Below are positions 1 to 14,084 of a DNA stretch of 64,000 nucleotides, piece by piece. The stretch's first letter is position 1. The number at the start of each line of letters is the position of its first letter. This DNA is from Octopus vulgaris (Eukaryota). The position numbers and the translations under genes are program-made. The notes beneath the pieces are model-generated. The model was not told the DNA's origin. It did not search any database and worked only from the letters and a program-made list of their open reading frames with translations. Where the stretch lies: assembly GCA_951406725.2 (NCBI GenBank), contig OX597823.1, forward strand, positions 89,714,001 through 89,778,000, read 5' to 3'.

Positions 1-689
1 CTCAGACACATTAGTGACATGATACAAACCAACAATCTCTTTGGGTCAATAATAACACGTCTACATGGTCATTCAATCTGCTAAGAACAGCAGTCAAATT
101 TTCATCAAATCATACCTTATCTCTTTAAAAAATGAAATTTTTAGATAATATAGTCTTAGATATATTACACCAGAAACAATTACTGGCAAGCCTTTGATTC
201 AAGGCCTGTTCAGTCAGGGCTGATCTAAGTTAAACAACAACCAGCACTGCTATCTTCTTGAGCTCTCTCTCTCTCATTTAATAATATTGTAGTGTTACTC
301 AGGTTGCTCCATCAAAATGGTTAGCAACAAGAAGGTATAATCATCACCATCATTGTCATCATCATTTTACATCTGCTTTTTTTTTTTCTCCATGCTGGCA
401 TGGATTGGACAGGTTTTACAGCTGGATGCTCTTCCTGTTGCCAACCCTTTTTAGTTACCTCTTAGGACATGCAGGGATGCTGTATTTCCATTTTAGAATG
501 GAGATACACATCTAAATCATAAAAACTCAACCAAAAGCCACATGCAACTTAAAGCAGCATTAACAAGACAGCCATAAAGATTTTATACACCAAATCTAAC
601 CCAGCATGAATAAGCCAAAGAAAAAATGTATATCACAAAAACCAATGATGATGATGATGATGAAGATAATGATGATGGTGATGATATAC

Positions 690-785
690 CTGTTTGTGCA
701 GATTTATCTTTTCTAAATTAGCTGCCTGTTGACTTCCACTTAATTCTTCACTGTCTTCTATAATCTTCGCATTCAGATGGGAGAT
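690..785 (-). CDS. GOLGA1: GOLGA1 coding exon 11 (ISHLNAKIIEDSEEL...LHKQ); gene continues beyond window start, GRIP domain not in window
   Basis: ttctcag acceptor, gtatat donor, 96 nt, phase 0. Confidence 0.85.
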
Positions 786-1366
786 CTGAGAATTGAGGAA
801 AAAAACAATTTCGAATGAACCAAAATTATCTTTTTTTAAAAAAGAAAACCCACAACAAAACTCAATTTCTATTAATTGTGTGTTAAATATACCACCCGCT
901 CCCTTTCTTGAACCAACAAACAAGGCTCAACAGGAGGTAGTTTTTCATTCAGCAAAAGGAATAACATAGCAGCCTATAATACAATTTGGGGATCAGGATC
1001 ACTTTTGAAGGGGTTACAATCAGAGTCAAGACTTATCGAATACTGCTCAACATAGCTGCTGAGACAACTAGAAACAGCAGTCAAATCTCTCTCACATTAC
1101 ACCCTACCATAAGAAAATGTGAAGAAAGACATTAGATAATGTAATTATAGATATGTAACATCTGAGAAAAGATGGGATGAGAAATGCTATTGATCACAGT
1201 TCTGCTCAGTCAGGTCTGCTTGAAGATAAATAAGTTTTCTGACTCAGATATTTTTTTTTCCAACACAGATGTAATCCAAAGATCTGGATCATTTTTGATC
1301 TGCTCAGTTCAGGTCTGACTTGGGCTAAACAACATCATTAAACGACACCATATATTTCAGCCTTAC

Positions 1367-1462
1367 CTGCCCTTCAAGGTGGGTTATCTTGTCACTCCAA
1401 GTAAACTTTACTTCCTGCAACTGTTGCCGTGACTCAGACAACTTTTTCTCAAGGCTATCCCT
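1367..1462 (-). CDS. GOLGA1: GOLGA1 coding exon 10 (RDSLEKKLSESRQQLQEVKFTWSDKITHLEGQ)
   Basis: ttccag acceptor, gtaagg donor, 96 nt; resembles EQNLEDTRQQL...INTLE. Confidence 0.88.
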
Positions 1463-2568
1463 CTGGAAAATGAAAATAAAAACAATTCATCATTAGACAG
1501 GTCAATTAGCAGAACGATTAAAGCATCAGACAAAACATTTTGAGGTGTTTATAGTTTCATTTTTAAGTTCAAACCCTGCTAAGAACAACTTCACCTTTCA
1601 TCATTCTCGGGCTTTATAAAGTGCCAGCCAAGACTGGAGTCGATTCAATTAAATCACACCCCACTCGGCCTTGTGTTGCCTAATTAAACAGTAGTGGATT
1701 GGCAGAATCACAAGAATAACGAGGGAAGTGCTTTGCATCATTTCTTCCAACCCTTTTTGTTCTGAGTATAACCTTTCTGATACCAGTCTACCCAAGACTC
1801 CCTAGTGGTTCTATGATACAAACTATTTTTAAGTGATTCCATCAAAATCTCACATCAATTTATGTTCCTAAACACCATCTTAATGATAGTTGTCTTACTA
1901 AATCCTTCATTATTTTAAAAATTAATTAAAAGCAAAAATTGTGTATTACAACAGAAATATGGTAACAAAATAAGATTAAATCCTGTTGACTTTGCCTTTC
2001 ACCCTTTCAGTGTCAATAAAATAAGTACCAGTTGAACATGGGGGTGGGGGGCAATGTAATTGACTTACTCTCTTCCCCGAACTTGGTGGCACATGAAAAA
2101 ACATTCAAGCGAGGTCATTGCCAGTGCCACTAGACTGGCTCCTGTGCAGGCGGCATGTAAAAAACACCATTTGAGTGTAGCCGTTGCCAGTAATGCCTGA
2201 CTGGCCCTCATGCTGGTGGCACATAAAAAGCACCCACTACACTCTTGGAGTGGTTGGCATAAGGAAGGGCATCCAGCTGTAGAAACTCTGCCAGATCAGA
2301 TTGGAGCCTGGTGCAGCCATCTGGTTCGCAAGACCTCAGTCAAATCGTTCAACCCATACTAGCATGGAAAGTGGACGTTAAATGATGATGATGATGATTA
2401 GTAACAAAGTCCTATAACCAACTTAGCCACCGTTTTTGTTTTGTTTTTTAGTATGCCTATTCCTTTCTTCTAAGCATGAATCCCATGAGATGTGTATGCA
2501 AACCTGCAGCACGGCTTAGATGGATCATTGATCAATAGTTTCTTGCCAAAATATAAAATTAAACTTAC

Positions 2569-2697
2569 CTCTGATTGTAAAGCCTTAATTTGATCATTTT
2601 CTGATAGACCATGATCATTCAAACGTTGTTCAAGTGTGCTAACCCGTTCTTCTAAATGGACAATTAGGTCATTCTTTTCTTCAATAGTTTTGGTCAT
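2569..2697 (-). CDS. GOLGA1: GOLGA1 coding exon 9 (MTKTIEEKNDLIVHLEERVSTLEQRL...LQSE)
   Basis: tttcag acceptor, gtaagt donor, 129 nt; resembles golgin-97 QEKEDVITHLQEKVASLEKRL. Confidence 0.92.
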
Positions 2698-3860
2698 CTG
2701 AAATGAACATATTGAATGGTTCTGTCATTCTTCAACATTTACAAAGAAAAATCCATAAAAAGGGAACCATAACTACTAAATCACCTGGGAGCAACCAAGG
2801 CTGTCTTTATGGTGTTGTAAAGCAATGCTAGAATCGGTAGTCAAGGATCCCTTAAATTACATCCTATTATCATGGAAGAAAAGTTGCGGACACACTGGCT
2901 GATGTATTTCAAGACATTATTCCTAACTGAAGGACTGGTTGGTTATGATTGGAGTGCTTTTGATCACAGGTCTGTTCAAATCTGTTGTTTAACCTGAGGT
3001 TAAATAACAATGACATTGTTTAGTTCCCCACACCCAGCTCAACTCTGAAAGAGCAAACTTATAATCAAGGACTCTTCAACCAAGACCATTCCATTTTTAT
3101 TTAGGGAAAAGATGCATATATTATCTAGGACTACATTTTCCTTTATATAGTCACAGGCATGGCTATGTAAAGAAGTTTGCTTCCCAACCACATGGTTACC
3201 AATTCAGGCCCACTGTGTAGCACCTGGGGCAAGTGTATTGTAATCTAGCCTTGGTCCAAAGGAAGTCAAAGAATATGGCTTACTGAGCACATGGTTAAAA
3301 TTACAAATTTAAATGTCAGTGCAGTCATTGTTTCATGGATAAAACATCCATTCGTATGGCTGACAACAGGTTCCACCCCTACTTCACAATTGAGTGATTA
3401 GCAATATAAAATGACATCTAAAAAAAAGAAGTTCATCAAACTATATTAAAATATCAGAATTTATAAAACTTGTTTCAATGTTTCAACAGTAAACTTACTT
3501 TTGTCTTACATAAATCATAATTTCTTTGTAAAGTCACATGATTGTTTTCTAGTTCGGCAGTTGAAGATTCTAAGCTTGATACATGTTGAGATTTCTGAAA
3601 TAAGGAGATTTAAAAAAAATCTTTTATTGCATACATTTGAGAACAATACAATTGTTAGGGGTGTATGTATGCATGTGCATAGACACACATGCATGTGTGC
3701 ATGTATGTATGCATTATGCATGTGTGTGTGTGCATGTATGGCTCTGATAAACCAAACCTGGGTTATTCAACCATTTGTTCACCTAACCTGCATCCTCTCT
3801 CTCTCCATTGTAACTACAATTATTACATCCCTCTGAACTAGCCGATAGTACACCACCTCT

Positions 3861-5225
3861 CATACAAAAACTATCTTCCCGGTTAGCCTTCCTTTGATAT
3901 TGCTGCACCTCCTATGTGTCCATAGCTTACACTGGGTACATCTTATAGAGTTTCTGCCTATGCCTTTTCTACAGATCGAGCAGGGCCATCTACCTGAAGG
4001 GATTTGTGGTTTGTCAGCCTTCCTACTTATTTGGATTTTGGTTTTAGCTAGATTCACTCTAATGCCCTTTGATTCTAATCCTTGTTTCCACACTTGAAAC
4101 TTCTCTAGTTCTGATAGTGACTCAGCAATTAGAGCAAGGTCATGAGCATAGCGGAGTTCCCAGAGGCATCCTATCTTGAATTCCTCTGTTATTGCCTGGA
4201 GGACTATGATAAATAGAAGGGGGCTAAGGACTGAGCCTTGGTGAACCCCTACCTCTATCCAAAATTCTTCACTGTATTCGTTGCCAACCCTCACCTTACT
4301 GACAGCGTCCCTGTACATGGTTTGCACAGTTCTCACTAACCATTCATCTATCCCTAGTTTCCTCATTGACCACCACATAAAGGATCAGGGGACCCTGTCA
4401 AAAGCTTTCTCCATGTCAATGAAAGCCAGGTACAGAGGTTTACCTTTGGCTAGGTATTTCTCCTGCAGCTGTCTTACCAGAAATATAGCATTAGTGGTGC
4501 TTTTCCCTGGCACGAACCCAAACTGCATCTCCTCTAAACTGACTCTCTCCCTAATTAGTTAAGCTATGACCCTCTCCATGACCTTCATTACTTGATCCAA
4601 CAACTTGATACCTCTGTAATTATTTGTATCTAAAGCGTCACCTTTACCTTTGTAGCAGTTGATTATTATGCTGCTACACCAGTCATTGGGTATGACTCCT
4701 TCGTGTATCACCTGGTTAACTATTCGGGTGACTAGGCTATAGCTGACACTACCAGATATTTTGAGCATCTCTGCAGTAATTGCTGATGGGCCAGGGGCTT
4801 TACCTGTCTTCATGCTCTTAATTGCTTTATCTACCAAGGTACTGTCAACTCGGATAGCTGGTCCCTCTGTTGGGTCGACATTCAGCAGACTCTCTTTCTC
4901 CCATTCATTTTCTTTATTGAGCAACCTTTCATAGTAGCGTCTCCAAACCTCTCTCTTTGCAGTCTCGTTTAGTGCAAGTGAACCATCATCTATGCGGACA
5001 CATTTCTCTCCTACGACATCACAATTTTCTCTCACACACTGTCTTGCAACACGAAATACCTCAAGTCTTTGGTCCTCACGGCACAGAACATTGGCAAATT
5101 TTTTTTTATCTGCTTCCCCTCTGTTTAAATAAACTGTCTCCTAGCTTCCCTTCTGGCAGTCTGATACAATTCCCTGCTACCACCATTCTTCCAGTCCTTC
5201 CAAGCCCATTTCTTTTCTCTAAAGA
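3861..5225 (-). mobile_element. Internal fragment of the same RTE LINE family (RT region), disabled
   Basis: KAPGPS, YKGKGDALD..NYRGIKLL, QFGFVPG, GVHQGSVLSP; YADD mutated to YAHD; stop and frameshift present. Confidence 0.93.
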
Positions 5226-6932
5226 AAGCTCCTATTTGGCAGAATTCATAAACAAACAATAGCCTTCAATTCAACCTGCATACACTACACCATCATATTT
5301 ATGCACTGTATGATCACTACCTTACATAGGAGATAAACTCTAAGTAGGGGTGGGGATGGCGTAAAGCCATTAGAAGTATTCATGGGAGACAACCAAAGGA
5401 TGACAGAGGATAGGAACTTCCGGTAAAGGTGGAGCAGGTGGGAGGGCGGGCGTACCACGAACCAGCAAATTTAGACAAGAGCATCTGGATTTGTATTCGG
5501 TGGAGCTATTAAAAATTGAGTTGGGGAATCTGAGTGCATGTGCTAGTTTATATGTCAATAATAATAAAAGAGAATTGAAAAATCTTAGAGTTTTCGGTCA
5601 GACAATCTATGACAAAATTATAGAAAAATAAGTGACTGTGTGATAAACTTGAATAAATGAATGAATATGTGGTGGTTAAGGATATGCGTGAGCTAAGGTT
5701 ATCTTAAGGCAACAGTGAGGAAGACGAAACTTTTGAAACTATATTTACATGTTTACATGATAATGAAATAGACAGAATAATGAAAAGAACTAATTAAGGG
5801 GTTTATGATCTGCGCAGAAATAGAAGAGTAGATGAATGAGGCTGAAAAGACAACACTTCTCATCTGAGCATCTTCTGAGATTTGTATCCTTCGGCTTAAA
5901 CATTTTACTTATTCTTCCCTTCCCAACAAAAAAATGCACTGGAAATTTCTCTCAACCCACATTTTTCCCTTCAGACATTCAAACAGGGACATCGATCACA
6001 TCAGTCCCACTAGTTTGAGAGGGAGGACACTGCAAAGGTCACTTCCAACACCATTCACCTACTTCATCTCAAAAACCAATGCTAAGAAAATCATGAAAAG
6101 ATTCCAGCATATAATATATGCAACACAGCACAATATAGAACCACCCAATGTTCGAACCAAGTAGGAGGTCTATGCAGCTGAACCTGTAAAAATGACCAGC
6201 AAAATCCCTCCCTCAACTTACATCCTATTATCTTTAACAAAAATATAAAATAAAAAAAGGACACATTAGGCTAATATACTTCTACATAAACAGAAAAAAT
6301 GATGGTTGAATAGTTTTGAACAGGAGTCTTTGTGAAGCTAAATAAATCAACAGTCCATTGCTGGCACTAAAAATAAATGAATAAATTATTGCAACTTCTG
6401 TCTACCCACCCTTCTTATGCTGCTTCTGTTCCCACTCCCATTCATCCTGTATCTTGAGGGTCCACCTTTAGATCTCATCACCACCATTTTTATCTCTCTT
6501 TCCAGTTCCACCCTGATTACTTCCACCCATTGTTGTATAATGCAAGTAACCATGTGGCTGCTCTACATGTGCCATGTGCCTCCTCCTTTCATACTTTAAC
6601 CACACACCTCCCAGCATAAAAAAACCACTTCCCTCTCTATTGCACTTCCACTCAGTCAAAGGGAATCTCAGTTTTGTGAGCTATGTAGCAATTCTATTAG
6701 CACTGGTGCTACAAAAAGAAAAGAGCATTCAGTGCAATCCGTAAAGGGATGGGCAGCAGTTGTAGAAACCATGCCAAAGCAAACACTGGACCATAACAGA
6801 GTGCTCAGACCCCTCCCCAGTGGGCAATGCTAGTGTGGAACATGGATGTTAAATAATTAAGATGAAAAGCTGATGAATATTGGAAGCCATGGAGACTGCG
6901 AGGGATGAAAATGATTTGCAAATGGCACGTAC

Positions 6933-7044
6933 CTGTTTCACTGCATATGTCAATTCAATGACTCGTTTTTCAAAGGCTGACTTGTCAATAGTGAGGGTCT
7001 CAACAGCTTGTGCTCTTGCTTTACATTCTTCTTTTAATAAATTG
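6933..7044 (-). CDS. GOLGA1: GOLGA1 coding exon 8 (NLLKEECKARAQAVETL...YAVKQ)
   Basis: AG acceptor, gtacgt donor, 112 nt, phase 2 to 0. Confidence 0.85.
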
Positions 7045-7420
7045 CTAATTAGTGAAAAAAGAACAGATTGTTTCAAGACATTTTCATGGATGAACACTAA
7101 ATATTTTTATACACTCATACATTTATACACACACACACACACACACATTTTGGTTCTACACGTAACAAATAAATGAATAAATGTATGCATGCACATGCAC
7201 ACACACACACACACACACATAAATATATGTTGCCAAAATGTATGAGAAGATATGAAAGATAAGTAGAGATGAAGATGATTCTAGACATAAAAAAAAATAA
7301 GTCAAATAAATCGCAAGAAGTAAAAGGAATACTAAGTTATGTTTTTGACAAACTAAATGCAATTTCAGAAATATTAAATTTTTAAATATCTCATAGAGAT
7401 ATGTATGGTGGTGGGGCGAA

Positions 7421-7672
7421 AGAATGGTTGTATACTGTCAATTTAACGTGACAGTAGGGGATTACACCACCGCTGTTTAGCCCTAGGAAGCATCGACGCT
7501 TCCTGGTGGCTTCGACACATTTTTTCCTGAGTCCTTATATATTTACGTAAATATATAAGGACACAGGAAAAAATGTGTCAAAGCTATCAGGAAGCGTTGA
7601 TACTTCCTAGAGCTAAACAGCGGTGGTGTAATCCCCTACTGTCACGTTAAATTGACAGTATACAACCATTCT
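7421..7672. repeat. 252-bp loopless palindrome
   Basis: Arms of 126 bp centred on tttac|gtaaa (7546/7547); about 7 mismatches by eye. Confidence 0.95.
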
Positions 7673-9378
7673 AAATGCAATTTGGCATATCAAAAACAAA
7701 CACACACAGAGAGGTACAACATTGATTTTTTGGCACATTTGATTCCAAAGCCATTGCAGATTACTGATTTTTCTGAACCAAGAGTGGTCACCTAGGCTTG
7801 CACACTCTAAATTAAATATTAAATTTACTTAAATGATTGAATGAAATACAGATACCTGTACATTAGTATAACTGAAACAGGTTTATTAATACTGTACTTT
7901 GCCAAGGTACCAGTAAAGTAGTCAGGCAGCTGTGGGGACCTGCCTCATATTAGGGTTTGTTTCTGTAGTCGGATGCTCTTCCCATGCGTACATGGGTCAG
8001 CTGTAATTGGTTGATGTAGATTTTCTATGAAGTGATGTTCCTCCTCTTACCCAATCCTCACCTGTTGCCAAGCAAGGTGGCCAGGCAGACTTTTCACAGA
8101 AGACAAGAAACAAACAACATTGCTTGTACAATGACGCCCATGCCCATTTACAATCATCATATGAGTTTACACACAAACACACCACACACTCATGCATACA
8201 TATAACATATACAACTGGCCATTTTAAGTTTTTGCCTACCAAATCCACTTACAAGACTTTGGCTGGCCCAGGGCTATAGTAGAAGACACTTGGCCAAAGT
8301 TTGACATAGTGGGATTGAACCTGAAACCACATGGTTGGGAAGCAAGCTTCTTAACCACACAGCCATGTCTATACTGTATAAAGTGAGTGATGTTGGGACG
8401 AGCACCTAACCACAAACAAACTCAAATATGAAACATTCAGGCAAAATATGTTCCTCCAAATCATCTGGGGTGGTGGAGAGCATAAGGTAGTGCTTTTCAA
8501 TAAGAATTGGCTAGGGTCATGACAATCCATACCAGCATAGAAAGTGGACATGAAATAATTATGTACTTCAATGGTACTTTATTTTATTGGCCATAAGTTG
8601 ACCTTGATGGGATTTGAACTCAGAATGTAAAGAACAGCAAGGCATTTTTGTTTTTATGCTCTAACAATTTTGCCAGCCCACCACCTTAAATAATAAGGAT
8701 GACAGTTTCAAATTTGATAAGTCCAGAAATTTTAAGGCAGGTGAAATTCAGTCAATCAACTGGTAGTTATTTAGTCAACCCAGAAAGGAAGAGAAGCAAA
8801 GTCAACGTAAGCAGAATTTGAACACAACATAAAGAACCACAAGAAATGTTACAAAGCATTTTGTCCAATGTGTCAACATTTCTTCCAGGTCACTACCTTT
8901 GGTTTTAAGTTTTGCAGAAGGCCAGCAATTTTAGGGGTGGGTGTTGGTCAATTACATCAACCCTGGTGCTCAACGGGTACTTATTTCATTATTCCCAAAA
9001 GGGTCAAAGGTGAAGTCAACTTTAGTAGGGTTTAAAATTAGAATGCAAGGAGTTGGAAGAAATGTCACAAAACATTTTGTCTGACATGGGCTCCAGCAAG
9101 GCCACAAATTTGTCAAGAGAGTACTATGGATGAGGATGATAACTTCCATACAGTTACAATCTGTCAAATTCCACACAAAAGGCTACAGTAAGAAACCTAT
9201 TCCTTAAGTACCATGTAGTCGATGAACCCAGAACCAGGTGGTTGTGAAACAAACATCTTATCATGGCTACAGCTGCACTTAAATAGTATCCCTGCTCCTC
9301 CAATTAATATTTTTTGGTTTCTGTTTTTAATAAAAATCAATCACAAGCCAGAGAATTGATAATAATAACATTACAAAC

Positions 9379-9527
9379 CTTTCAACTGTTAGACTTTCAA
9401 CTTGCTCAAGTAAATAGGCAATTTGGCTTTCCAGTTCATTAGTTTGTTTCTCAGATTCATCTAGCTTTTGGGATTTCTCTTCCAAATCAGCTTGAGTTTT
9501 TGATAATTCATTTTCAGCAATCAGAAG
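9379..9527 (-). CDS. GOLGA1: GOLGA1 coding exon 7 (LLIAENELSKTQADLEEKSQKL...LTVE)
   Basis: ttcttag acceptor, gtttgt donor, 149 nt, phase 0 to 2, heptad-like. Confidence 0.85.
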
Positions 9528-10039
9528 CTAAGAAAGAAAAAGGAGAATAAATTGAGCTGATTAAAAACTGCAACACCTTGGAGCAAATTTCATTAAGTAA
9601 CTTTAGGGACAGGCATGGCTGTGTGGTTAAGCAGTTAGCTCTACAGCTGCACGGGTTCAGGTTCAGTCCCACTACACAGTAATCTGGGCAAGTATACTCT
9701 TTACTCTTTTACTTGTTTCAGTCATTTGACTGCGGCCATGCTGGAGCACCACCTTTAATCGAGCAACTCGACCCCGGGACTTATTCTTTGTAAGCCCAGT
9801 ACTTATTCTATCGGTCTCTTTTGCCGAACCGCCAAGTGACGGGGATGTATAAGAAAAAGAAAAATTTCTCCAAGGTGTCACAGAGTGGGACTGAACCCTA
9901 AACCCCATACTTAGGAAGCAAATTTCTTAAACCATACAGCCATGCTTGCACCTTTATTTTATACTTCCCTCTGTTGACTGTTTCAGCCAAAAATACCTGA
10001 GAGAAATGTATTGCTATGCACCAACATGGAAGCTTCAAT

Positions 10040-10230
10040 GTAATAGGTCAGCCTACTAGAGATAACAGTCAAATCTCCCTCGAATCACATTCTACTGTTT
10101 GAAAGTTGGGGTGGAAATGCAGGAGAGTGATACATTAGATATCGTAACCCAAGATGTCCCTAAAGAGAAAGCTGGTCACAGCTGAAACACCTTTGATCAT
10201 AGGTCTCTGATAAGGGCCAACCTGAGATGG
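10040..10230 (+). repeat. Representative of an abundant unclassified interspersed repeat (also near 60, 1060, 2820, 24900, 36625, 42040, 46600, 56300, 57010, 58970, 60030)
   Basis: Shared ctagaaatagcagccaaatctccctc...ttgatcataggtctg...gggctaaacaac motifs. Confidence 0.7.
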
Positions 10231-10966
10231 AGGAGGATGGAGTGGAGGGTTTCAACCACAGCCAGTACTATGATGCTGTGTCACCATGGTAACTATGTAT
10301 CTGAATATTTATATTTTAAGTAAATGATCGCTTATTTTTATAACTCACAGCTTACCAAACATATGACCTTTTGATCAGAGCTAGGTCCCTTATATCTAAC
10401 TTGCTTCAACTAGAAAATTTCAAAATCAAAATAACATTTTCATTTACTTAGTAATTATCATTTAACATTTGTCTTCCATGTTAGCATGTGTTGGACAGTT
10501 CAACAGGACCTGATAAGTCATAGGAACTGTGTTATGCACCAATGATTTGCTTGGCATGGTTTCTATGGCTTGATGCTTTTCTTAATGCCAATCACATCAC
10601 AGAGTGTACTAGATGCTTTTTTTCATGGTACCATTCCTAGTGAGATTACATTGCAAGACTAAAAGGATGTAAAGTGGCCCCTATAACTGAAGGGGAATAG
10701 AAGAGAGTGGGTGCAATTATTCAAGGCAGAGTAATAGATATATAATTGTGATAGGGTGGTAGTGGAGAAAGGGAAGGCATTAGTGTCAGGGGTTACTGAA
10801 AAAAGGGAGGGAAGAATGGAAAAGTGACAGATTCAGTGGTTTCTGAGGTAAAAGTGTATGTGGGGTGGGAAATCAAGAACGAAAGCAAATCATGAAAACA
10901 TGAAATTGGAATCTAACTTTTTGATGGTTGGATATAGAGAATAAAGGTAGAGTATAACAACCTTAC

Positions 10967-11095
10967 CAAATGTTTTATTTTAGCCAATTCTTGTGTTGCT
11001 AAACCCTGGAATTCATCATTTTCTTCTTCTTGTTTATAAAATTTTTCTTTCAGTTTCTTAACTTCTTCCAACTGACTTCGTAATTCAGTTTTTTC
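10967..11095 (-). CDS. GOLGA1: GOLGA1 coding exon 6 (EKTELRSQLEEV...DEFQGLATQELAKIKHL)
   Basis: AG acceptor, gtaagg donor, 129 nt; strong resemblance to golgin-97 DELEGFQQQELSKIKHM. Confidence 0.92.
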
Positions 11096-11852
11096 CTGTT
11101 CAAGGAGAACAAAAAATATTTTCAGTTTTGAACACAAACTTGACATGAGTGTCAAGAGAAAAAATGATGGGATGGTCACAGTTGGAATGACTTTGATTTG
11201 CTTATTTAGGATTGGCCTGAGGCTAAACAATAACAATAAATGTAAGGAATCATACCAGACTAGCCTGACATGTCTCGACAGCCGGGCCTAGAGATTGACC
11301 GTCTGTGGCTAAACAGTTTCTTCCAAGCCTTAAGACTGTTTGATCTCAGCTTTAAACCACTCCTCAACAACAATAAAGAGTAGATTAGCACAATATAGAC
11401 TCAGTAATGTGGACATGGAGCTTTTATTAGCAATGCAGATAATAATTTAATTCAGGGCAGATTTCTAAGTAAACTGTTTTGCATAACAGAAGTAACCTAG
11501 ATTCAAAAACACTATTCTAAACTGCCTCTGATTACAATGTTGTCTGGAATAATTACCAGATAAGATGTGGAGCTTTTTAAGAGATTTGTGTCCTATCCAA
11601 AAAAAAATTTACCTCTCTTCTGCTCCATGACCATGAAACTGACTTACAAAGGACCTTTGTGACTTCACATTGTTTTCTAGGATTTGGAGTGGGGGTGGGG
11701 TCTACAGCAAAATTGTAATCTATTACAATAAACAATATAGACAAGGTTGATTGTTGTGATGGACATTTTTACCATATAAAACCCAGATGCAAAACAATAA
11801 GGTTTTGCATTTAAACCAAATGGTACAAACAAGATTCTTCATATTCTGTTAC

Positions 11853-11917
11853 CTGAATACTTTCAGATATTGTTTTCTTGTTTTCTTCTTCTAATCTCTG
11901 AAGATCTTGCTTTAAAC
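11853..11917 (-). CDS. GOLGA1: GOLGA1 coding exon 5 (LKQDLQRLEEENKKTISESIQ)
   Basis: ttgcag acceptor, gtaaca donor, 65 nt, phase 1 to 0, coiled-coil composition. Confidence 0.75.
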
Positions 11918-14084
11918 CTGCAATAAATGATTTTAAAGAAATGTTTAAACAATTTTTGAAAAACTAAATGTTTTACCATTATTTCCTTTATTTATTTATC
12001 TATCTATTTTCACAAAATAACCCTAAATAGAACAGATGTGCTTAAACCCAGTAATTTCCTAAATGAACTAGTAATAGAAAAAAAACCAATGGCTAAATAA
12101 AGTTCAGAGTAACGAACTTCTCAAAATCTCAACCTGGTTATTTAATTAATTCACAATGTAGTAATAGTAAAATGTTTATTAGAAGGAGAATGATATTGAA
12201 CACAAAATATGTTAATTCATCTCTGATTACTCTATAAATACATAGTTGAATTTAAATAATGGGCATTTACACAATATTCCTATTAGCATTCAGAAACACC
12301 AGGTAAAAATGGAAGTGTCTAGACAATATTGGCCCAACTATAATTCTATTATGGAAAAAAATATTCCGAAATAATGTGTTGCTCTTGAAGTCACTTTCAA
12401 TAAAACCCCAGCAGGTCAAAAGACACAGCTAAAAAGGTTTGCGATCAGAAGGGTATCTGGCCATAAAACACTGCCTCGAGAAACCTGTCCAAGGGAAAAG
12501 CAGACAGAGAATGATGTAGGCATTGATGATGAGAGTAATATATTTGTCTTTTGTCACAACGACTGTAACAGTCCACTCCTAATTTGAAATCAGAGTAATA
12601 TGAAGAGCGGAAATAAAACAAAGAGGTGATGAATGCTGTAGAATGGAAATGAATTTTTTGTTGTTCTTGTACTTTTTGTTAATACCCACCCTCAATAAAA
12701 AGGTATTACTTCAAAGGATAAGAAGTCATTAATATGTCCTCCCTTCTAGTGGAAGGGGAGATTAATCTTCCCCTGATGAATGAATACTTCTAATTCCCAA
12801 GCAGAAAAAAAAAAAAAAAATTAAACAGTTGATCGTAACACTTGCAACAAATAAATAATAGATTATCAAAAAAAAAAAAAAACAAATTAAGGTCAACATA
12901 TTTTAACAATCAACTTCATGAACCTCATAAGTGTTTCAAATTTTGGCACAAGGCCAGCAATTTTAGTTTGTGGAAGTTAGTCGATACCACTGATCCCAGG
13001 TACTTTATTTAAATAACCTCAGAAGGATGAGAAGTAAAGTTAAAACCATGATAGGATTTGAATTTGGAACATAGAGCTAGAATGTCAGTAAACATTTTGT
13101 CCAACATGCTGGAAAGAAAAAGACCACTATGATAAAGCTGAAATTAGTGACCATGGGTCAAATATGGTCTGCTTGATGTTATTTCATATGAATGTGTCCT
13201 ATAGGAGTTTCGTTGTGTCACAGGTCAGTGAGGGTTTGAAGTTTCTTTTGGTTGTCTTTTTCTGGTGACTATTTTCTTGAGAAAGTCATGATACTTATTT
13301 CACATATGGTCTGCTGATCAAAGTTTTTGGGCCCACAGCCACCAACTCATGGGTTCAATCCCTGAATTGGAAACTATCCTGTGTCCTTGAACAAAGACAC
13401 ATCATGCTGCCAGCGGGGTAGACTGGGGCAGCATGAAATGTGACATGCTGGATGTTGGTGTAGCCCTCTCTCCTTTCAGGTTCCACATGCTCAATATTCC
13501 ACTGGATCAGGGGTAGGAGGAGCTAAGAGGGTGTCTATGTCTGCTTATGACTACACAGGAACCTAAAACAACTGATGAAAGCAATATACATTCAACCAAC
13601 TCATACACATTCATGAGTGACAGCTATGGATGGATGGACTTATTTCTATGACACCCCACCCACTAAACCCAAGCTTCACTATCACCACTTCTCTCCCACT
13701 CAATGGATGAAAGGCAAATTTGTTGAACATTTGAACACAATGGAGACAGAGTGGAATGAGATTAAAAAATGCAAAGTATGTTGGTTTGGCTCTTGGTTTT
13801 GACTTTCTATGTTGTCCTTAGAGAAACAGATAATTATTGATAAGCTGGTGCAAGAACATGCTAGCATCAAACACACAACACACACACCACACAAAATAAT
13901 AAGAAAGATGAGGTTGTGCACAAACTAAATTGTTGGGCCATTATAAAAATGGTTTAAAAAAACTGTGTATATATTTATAGCAATGTGTATAATATATATA
14001 GCTTAGTTTACATTAAGATTTTGAAGGGTCAATGCACAATACTGAAACACAAAGAAGTAAGTGAAATCTTTATGCCATGCTTAG

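Noticed and set aside
633-690. Poly-His tail in ORF 633-923
   Set aside because: It is an intronic (CAT)n microsatellite downstream of the splice donor.
7421-7672. Pistol- or twister-ribozyme-like words within the palindrome
   Set aside because: Short matches occur in the wrong order and no pseudoknot can be built.
11238-11355. Two-hairpin intronic segment ending ACAttt on minus, resembling an H/ACA snoRNA
   Set aside because: No ANANNA H box in the hinge and the stems are weak; it would need a snoRNA covariance-model hit.
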